From positions 1 through 64,000 of the IMG/VR virus record IMGVR_UViG_3300005573_000995: a stretch of 64,000 bases of DNA; one strand, written 5' to 3'. The notes below the pieces were generated by a model that was given only the letters and a program-made list of their open reading frames with translations, did no database searches and was not told the DNA's origin. Below, piece by piece: positions 58,160 through 64,000 of this stretch (positions are counted from its first letter, which is position 1; each line of letters begins with the position of its first letter). The stretch is from a virus. A program made the position numbers and the translations under genes.

Positions 58160-61100
58160 ATGAGTGAGGAGATAGACGCCGTTCTTAGAGCTTATGGTCT
58201 TAGAGGCTTAAAAGGGGCGGTGGAAAAAGAGGGAAGAGTAGCAACTTATCGTACAGCACCTACTAGAGTTCAGGAGAGATTTCTAAAGGAGGACTCTTTT
58301 GAATCTTGGCGTGATGAGGATTATTGGAGTAGTGTTGCTAAAAGATATTTAGCTGACCTTGGAATAGGTTTTGTAGTTAGCCCTTGGGTAGCTGGATGGG
58401 AACGTATCTGGGGAGCTACGCCGATTGAGGACTACGCACGTTATAAGGAAATGTACAGTGTCCATAAAGACAGACCTCTAATTATTCTTTGGAACAAAGA
58501 AGTAAAAATCTTTACTTTTGAAGAACTCTGGAATGAACTTGCCAAAAAATTCAAAGTTCAATACAATGGACAAGAAGAAATTATTATCATACCTTATCAA
58601 CAGAATAAGAAGGAAGAGGAACAATTTACAATTAAAACTCTTTCCGCTTTGAATCGTTATTGTGGACTAAAGAAAGACCAAACGGCTTCAAGGAGTCATT
58701 ATGGAGCATGGAGAAGAATAAACTATATCGTAAGACATAGATTTACTGGAGACTTAATTAGATTACAACAGAGAAATGGAGAAACAATCGTAACTCCTAA
58801 CCACTCTGTTTATGACGAAAATTTCAATCTTGTCAAGCCAGAATCTAATCCCAATCTCATGAAAATACGGAGAATCGCTAAGTTTGAAGAGTTGCCTGAA
58901 AGAGATGAACTTATAATTGATATTCCGCTCATTACAACTGTTAGTAAAAAGGTTCCAATGCCGAATGGAGGGTACAGAATACGCACTTATCAGACACAAT
59001 ATGTAGTTAGTAGAAAACTCTCGGGGGTAGCACTTCAGAATTTTGCGTATTTCTTAGGTGCATACGTTAGTGAAGGATACATATATTATAAGGATGGTAA
59101 AGCAAAAGGCATTACAATTTCTAATTCCGACAAACAATATTTGCAAAGACTGGCAACTTATGTTCCATCTTTTATGAATAGACCTAACGCTCCAATCTAT
59201 AAGGAAGGAAGGGTATATGCGCTTACCATTCTCAGCAGAGATTTGGCTCAAATTGTTGAGCAATATTGCGGAAGATACTGTAAACACAAGCAAGTTCCAT
59301 CATTTATTTTTACTGCACCAAAGGAAGTCAAAAAGGCATTTTTAGAAGGCTATTCATTTGGAGATGGACTAAAGAAAGCTCTATTAAAGGGCGTATATAG
59401 TGGAACGACTATTTCCCCCAAACTTGTTGCTGGACTAAGTTTGCTTTTCACTCAGCTTGGTTCCTCTTTTGGAATTTCTTATGGCTTAACAAAAGGCAAT
59501 AACAGAAGCTATGAAATAAAGCAAACCAAATGGTATACAAATCTATATAGAAGGAACAAAATAGAGAAAATAGCTTATGACGATTATGTTTATGACATTG
59601 AGGTAGATGGACTACACAATTTTGTTGATGGTGTCGGGCTTGTTGTCCTTCATAATACTAGGGTGCCTTTTATATCATCTGCCATCGATTTACAAGTCAA
59701 TCTTTGTGCTGCTAAAGGATTTATAATTAGTTATCAAGGACCAGAGGAGGTTAAAAAAGAAATTGAAAAACATCTAGAACGCTTTGATATAAATAATCTA
59801 GCACGCATAATTTTTACCGATATGCTTGTGTTTGGCAATGCTTATGTTGAAATAATTAGAAGATGGAGATGCAAGTCAAAAGACCACCAAGAATCTGACT
59901 TACCTTCTCTCTCGGATAATCCAGACTATCGAAAAGTAAATGGTGGCATTATATTCGAGACTGATTTGAGAGAAAAAGCAGTAGAACATCTGCAAAAGTA
60001 TCCAGACCACGAATTTGAGAGCAAATATGGCGAGGTTATAGCTTTAAAGCCATTAGACCCCTATTACATGCGTCTTAACAGGGACCCTTGGGGGTCTCAC
60101 CCTCCAGATGAGAGGTTAATATTCTTCAATGATAATAGGCTTGTTCTAGAACCGCTGGGAGAATATGTTAGCAAAAATGCTACCAAAGAAAATACTTCTT
60201 ATATCTCAAATGAAACAAGACTAATACAGCACCCGTTTATCTTGCCAAGCATGGAAAAAGATAAGGTCGTCCTTAACGTCTCGCCACACCTTATAGAGCA
60301 CTATTATTCAGGAGATATGTATGATATTTATACTATGTATGGTTCAAAGGTAAGGGCGACGGGTAACCATAGTGTCTTTACTTGGAAACCGAAGCACAAG
60401 AATCATACATTTCCTGGAGAACTTGAATTAAAAGAGACGAGAGATATTAAAGTAGGAGATTATGTATTAATATCAAGAAAGTTTCCTGTTTTCAAAGAAG
60501 TGCCTTTAGATATTAAAGTTTCAAGAATTTTTATGGAAAACATGACTATTGAGGAGTTACATGACTTTGGAATACAATCTAATTCTCTTAAAGTTGAGGA
60601 CTATAAGAACAAACTGCTTGAATATCTTAGAAAAAAGAATATTAAATACCCAGAACTAGACTATAATCATTATAAGAAGAAGCATATCCTACCTCTTGAC
60701 TTTGTTAAAGAAGCTAATATATCTGTACCAGATGATGCCATAATAATAGGATGGCATGCAAAGACAGAAATAAAAGATAAATTAGAACCAAACGGACTAC
60801 TCTATCTTCTTGGTCTTCTCTTATCTGACGGTTGTCTTTCGACCGATAACAAAAGAACTGGTAAAGTTCTATTTTCGGGAGATTCGGTAGAGAATAATAC
60901 TTTCTTAGAGGCTTGGCTTAAAGAAAACTCAATAAAGTTCAGCAAAAAGATTGATAAGAGAGAAAGACTTATATGGAAAGAGCAGAAGAATCTAGTTTCT
61001 GTTCCCAATCTTTCCATTTACAACCGTGCTCTCTACTCTTTATGCAAACTTTTGTTACCTCAAGAAAAGAAGTTGCCATCGTGGCTATATACTTTGCCTC

Positions 61101-62545
61101 TCTCACAATTAAAATACTTTATTAAAGGTCTTTGGGATGGAGACGGATGGCATAAAGACACTAGGATAACTTTCAGATACTTTACGAGAGATAAGAGATT
61201 AGCAGAAGATTTGATTCTCCTCCTTAAGCGCTTTGGAATAGTCGCTTCTCTTAGTATGAGGGAGGGAAGAGGAAAGAAGCTCGATTATGATGTTCAAGCT
61301 TATGTCGAGCCATTAGATATACTTGACTGGGACAAAGGCGTTAAGCAAAGAACTAGAGCGTCCGCTTATGGAGATTTTCTTATAGTAAAAGTTAAGAAGA
61401 TAGAGAAGTCCTTTTATAAGGGACCAGTATACGACTTTGAAGTGCCAGGCTCTGAAAGTTATCTCTCTTCCTCTGGTATCCTAGTGCATAATACGGTGCT
61501 GGGATATATCCAACTATTAACTGTTCCTCCTGTAAAGTTTACAGCAGACCAGATATTACATATTAGATTTAAAGCGAAGAGTTGGAATTTCGAATCGGCC
61601 TATGGCACGAGCATCCTAAGGAGCTTACTTTTCCACGAAGCCCTTATCGATGAACTTGAGAAGAACATGGGGGCAATTGTCGCCACTTATTTGAAGCCTA
61701 TGCTTGTTGTGAAAATTGGTAGTGCTGACCCCAATGCTCCTGAAATTACTGACGAGCAATATGATGCGATAGTTAAGGCTTTTGCTGGAAGACAAGCTAC
61801 TACCGATATTTTTGTCAGGCAGGGCTTAATAAATGACGTAATTACCATTAACCCACCAATAGCAGGCGTTCAAGCAGGTGAGTGGTGGCTCAATTATCTC
61901 AAAGAGCAGAGAGAATTTGCTTTAGGAGTTCCAAAGATTTTTGCTGGGCAACCAGAGAAATCGAATAGAGCAACCGCTCAAATGGTTATGCAAGAGTTCA
62001 TTACAAGATTAACTTCTCTCCAAGAGAGCTTCTCTTCTCAATTTGAGAAGCAAATATTTGTTGCAATTATTAAGTCGAAGTTTGAGAACTGGAAGGAATT
62101 AATAGACAAGTTTGGAATACCGAAGATATCATGGAACCCAATAATTGAGGAAGACCCAACGCAGACTTTACAGTATGCGGTTCAAGGATGGTCAGCGGGC
62201 TTACTTACTCGAGACGAGGCAAGAAAGAAATTAGGGTTGCCTCAGTTAGATAAGAACGTCTATGGGAACATTGGTGATATGATTTTGAGGCCAGATTTAG
62301 CACAACAGGCAGCCCTTCATGGCGGACTCAATCCTTCAATAGTTCCAGCAGGAGGAGCAGAGGTTGGTCCAAGGGGTCCGCAAGACCAGTTTAAGAAGGT
62401 TCAAGACTTACAAAAAGAAGAAACTCCAGAAGGAATCGAAGAGAAATTATCTGAGGCAATAGATAGCGGAATAATAACGGTAGATGAAGCTCGTCAATGG
62501 CTTGAAGAGAAAGGTGAAGTAACGCCAAAGAGGAGAAAGAAATGA
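58160..62545 (+). CDS. Phage portal protein with two inteins
   Basis: Exteins: DMLVFGNAYVE, LKPLDP..M, ILHIR..YGTS, LGVPK, NRATA, LLTRDEARKKLGL. Confidence 0.85.
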   Translation: MSEEIDAVLRAYGLRGLKGAVEKEGRVATYRTAPTRVQERFLKEDSFESWRDEDYWSSVAKRYLADLGIGFVVSPWVAGWERIWGATPIEDYARYKEMYSVHKDRPLIILWNKEVKIFTFEELWNELAKKFKVQYNGQEEIIIIPYQQNKKEEEQFTIKTLSALNRYCGLKKDQTASRSHYGAWRRINYIVRHRFTGDLIRLQQRNGETIVTPNHSVYDENFNLVKPESNPNLMKIRRIAKFEELPERDELIIDIPLITTVSKKVPMPNGGYRIRTYQTQYVVSRKLSGVALQNFAYFLGAYVSEGYIYYKDGKAKGITISNSDKQYLQRLATYVPSFMNRPNAPIYKEGRVYALTILSRDLAQIVEQYCGRYCKHKQVPSFIFTAPKEVKKAFLEGYSFGDGLKKALLKGVYSGTTISPKLVAGLSLLFTQLGSSFGISYGLTKGNNRSYEIKQTKWYTNLYRRNKIEKIAYDDYVYDIEVDGLHNFVDGVGLVVLHNTRVPFISSAIDLQVNLCAAKGFIISYQGPEEVKKEIEKHLERFDINNLARIIFTDMLVFGNAYVEIIRRWRCKSKDHQESDLPSLSDNPDYRKVNGGIIFETDLREKAVEHLQKYPDHEFESKYGEVIALKPLDPYYMRLNRDPWGSHPPDERLIFFNDNRLVLEPLGEYVSKNATKENTSYISNETRLIQHPFILPSMEKDKVVLNVSPHLIEHYYSGDMYDIYTMYGSKVRATGNHSVFTWKPKHKNHTFPGELELKETRDIKVGDYVLISRKFPVFKEVPLDIKVSRIFMENMTIEELHDFGIQSNSLKVEDYKNKLLEYLRKKNIKYPELDYNHYKKKHILPLDFVKEANISVPDDAIIIGWHAKTEIKDKLEPNGLLYLLGLLLSDGCLSTDNKRTGKVLFSGDSVENNTFLEAWLKENSIKFSKKIDKRERLIWKEQKNLVSVPNLSIYNRALYSLCKLLLPQEKKLPSWLYTLPLSQLKYFIKGLWDGDGWHKDTRITFRYFTRDKRLAEDLILLLKRFGIVASLSMREGRGKKLDYDVQAYVEPLDILDWDKGVKQRTRASAYGDFLIVKVKKIEKSFYKGPVYDFEVPGSESYLSSSGILVHNTVLGYIQLLTVPPVKFTADQILHIRFKAKSWNFESAYGTSILRSLLFHEALIDELEKNMGAIVATYLKPMLVVKIGSADPNAPEITDEQYDAIVKAFAGRQATTDIFVRQGLINDVITINPPIAGVQAGEWWLNYLKEQREFALGVPKIFAGQPEKSNRATAQMVMQEFITRLTSLQESFSSQFEKQIFVAIIKSKFENWKELIDKFGIPKISWNPIIEEDPTQTLQYAVQGWSAGLLTRDEARKKLGLPQLDKNVYGNIGDMILRPDLAQQAALHGGLNPSIVPAGGAEVGPRGPQDQFKKVQDLQKEETPEGIEEKLSEAIDSGIITVDEARQWLEEKGEVTPKRRKK
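58457..59656 (+). mobile_element. Portal intein 1 (400 aa)
   Basis: SVHKD..VTPNHS..LGAYVSEG..YSFGDG..VYDIEV..LHN|T. Confidence 0.9.
60095..61492 (+). mobile_element. Portal intein 2 (466 aa)
   Basis: SHPPDE..ATGNHS..LGLLLSDG..GLWDGDG..VYDFEV..VHN|T. Confidence 0.9.
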
Positions 62546-62763
62546 AACTCAAATCTGTATCCCATCCTAACGTGGTTACCAAAGAAGAAGGCTATAGAAT
62601 ATGCCCTACTTGTGATGGTAAGGGAGTAGTCTTTGATTCGTTAAATAATCCGCATCTTTGCCCCAAATGTGATGGAGAGAAGAAAATAAAGATTAAAACA
62701 AATGTCTCTAATGCAAGCGAAACAGATAGAGATACGACAGTTTTAACGTTTAGAGGTGCTTGA
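62542..62763 (+). CDS. DnaJ-type zinc-finger protein (paralog of 32441)
   Basis: CPTCDGKG..CPKCDGEK. Confidence 0.65.
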   Translation: MKLKSVSHPNVVTKEEGYRICPTCDGKGVVFDSLNNPHLCPKCDGEKKIKIKTNVSNASETDRDTTVLTFRGA

Positions 62764-63073
62764 AATGAGAACCGATGCCCGCAAGGTACCAGTCAAATGC
62801 CAGATGTGTGGCTATATAACTGTTGTCTATAATGACTCATGGATTTGGTTCTGCCCTACTTGCGGTGGTACTCATTTCGATGTTGATAAATATATGGTAG
62901 GAAAAGACGAATATTATCGGCAAGAAAGAATAAACAAAGTAATTCCACTTCAAAAGGTTCAGCAACAGCTTTGGGGAACTGGACACTATCCTCATGATGA
63001 CAAAGAGAAAGAATATCAGAAGATAGTATTTTCTCAGCTTCCTCCAAAGATACGTCCTAAACCGAGGTGGTAA
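62756..63073 (+). CDS. Zinc-ribbon protein
   Basis: CQMCG..CPTCG. Confidence 0.6.
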   Translation: MLEMRTDARKVPVKCQMCGYITVVYNDSWIWFCPTCGGTHFDVDKYMVGKDEYYRQERINKVIPLQKVQQQLWGTGHYPHDDKEKEYQKIVFSQLPPKIRPKPRW

Positions 63074-63188
63074 TATATAGATGAAATGTGATAATTGTAA
63101 TTATGAGATGACAAATATGAATTCATGTGCCTATGTTTGTCCTAATTGTGGGACAAAAATTGATTGTTCGGACTGGTGAGAAAGTAAA

Positions 63189-63440
63189 ATGAGTTGTTTA
63201 GATGCTAATAAGTGGAAGGCTCTGATGATGACCGATATGATGATTAGTGACAAACCAGCCATAGCATATCCTCTATTGCCTAATAAGAAAGGCAAGATTA
63301 AGATTAAGATAAAGAAAGAACTAAAAAAGAAAGAATGCCCACCCTCTTTAATGACTAAAGAAGAGTGGGACAAAATTAAGGAAATGACAGGAGAAACGGA
63401 AGAGGAGGACTACTCGAGCCATCCTCTTTATGAGAGGTGA
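63189..63440 (+). CDS. Hypothetical protein
   Basis: GGTGA RBS. Confidence 0.5.
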   Translation: MSCLDANKWKALMMTDMMISDKPAIAYPLLPNKKGKIKIKIKKELKKKECPPSLMTKEEWDKIKEMTGETEEEDYSSHPLYER

Positions 63441-63448
63441 AAGATTAG

Positions 63449-63760
63449 TTGCCAGGAATCGATGAATCTCCCCAACAGTGGAGATATAGAGTTAATGACC
63501 CCAGTAGATATAAGAGAATGCGCTATGGAAAAGACGTTTTTGGGGAGGGTATAGATGTGATATGGGGAGTAACGGATGATGGAAGAGCAGAAGTGCAAGC
63601 ACTTAGGTTCAATAAGGACAAATTCAAAGATAAGAAATCCGTCCAAGATTGGATAAAGAAACATCAAAGCGAATTAAGGCAAATGAAAGCGAATGAAATA
63701 GAATGGAGTAGTTTCCTCTCATCGTATAAATATAATGAATTGACTGGGCTATCCCTCTAA
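63449..63760 (+). CDS. Small phage head-region domain protein
   Basis: RYRVNDP..GI..IWG..VQALRF.KDKF..W.K.H; follows the portal. Confidence 0.55.
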   Translation: MPGIDESPQQWRYRVNDPSRYKRMRYGKDVFGEGIDVIWGVTDDGRAEVQALRFNKDKFKDKKSVQDWIKKHQSELRQMKANEIEWSSFLSSYKYNELTGLSL

Positions 63761-63786
63761 GATATCAAAGGAGCTTAGACGGAGAG

Positions 63787-64000
63787 ATGGACTGGAAAGA
63801 TACTAAAGATTGGTATATATGTCAAATCGGAAATAGAGAGACATACAAGAAGACACTATTTAAGAAAGCAACTATCGATAGTCGAGTTAAGATACTATAT
63901 GGGAAAGATGGGAAGAAAGTAGGTATTCTTCAAATACTCTTCCCCAAAAAATATTTTACTCTATATGATGCTCAGTGGTGGCTCAAGAGTTATACAGCCT
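63787..64000 (+). CDS. Partial ORF, apparent paralog of 63449
   Basis: KILYGKDGK..ILQILFPKKYFT..AQWWLK; runs off the window. Confidence 0.45.
   Translation, partial: MDWKDTKDWYICQIGNRETYKKTLFKKATIDSRVKILYGKDGKKVGILQILFPKKYFTLYDAQWWLKSYTA

Overview
This window looks like part of a large archaeal tailed-virus (Caudoviricetes-type) genome or provirus. Evidence: archaeal BRE/TATA promoters, GGTGA-type RBSs, AEP primase, PolB, PCNA, terminase and portal. Layout: (1-18.7 kb, minus strand) an intein-containing trypsin-like protease, a sugar-synthesis/glycosyltransferase cluster, a TGT-fold DpdA-like protein, a DNA methyltransferase with seven tandem TSPPY catalytic-motif modules, an orphan Topo VI-A-like protein and an RNA ligase. 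(18.9-43.5 kb, plus strand) nucleotide metabolism, an almost complete archaeal replisome with a candidate origin, an Sm-like protein, a MoxR-AAA/VWA pair, a tandem zinc-finger paralog array and the terminase. (43.5-53 kb) an accessory island with a duplicated A-tract element, clusters of regularly spaced CAAATATTTG palindromes at divergent promoters, and a GATC-containing block in otherwise GATC-free sequence. (53-64 kb) QueT, small genes, several GC-rich structured RNA candidates and a portal with two inteins. Seven LAGLIDADG inteins are visible. All calls come from reading motifs by eye; no searches were run.
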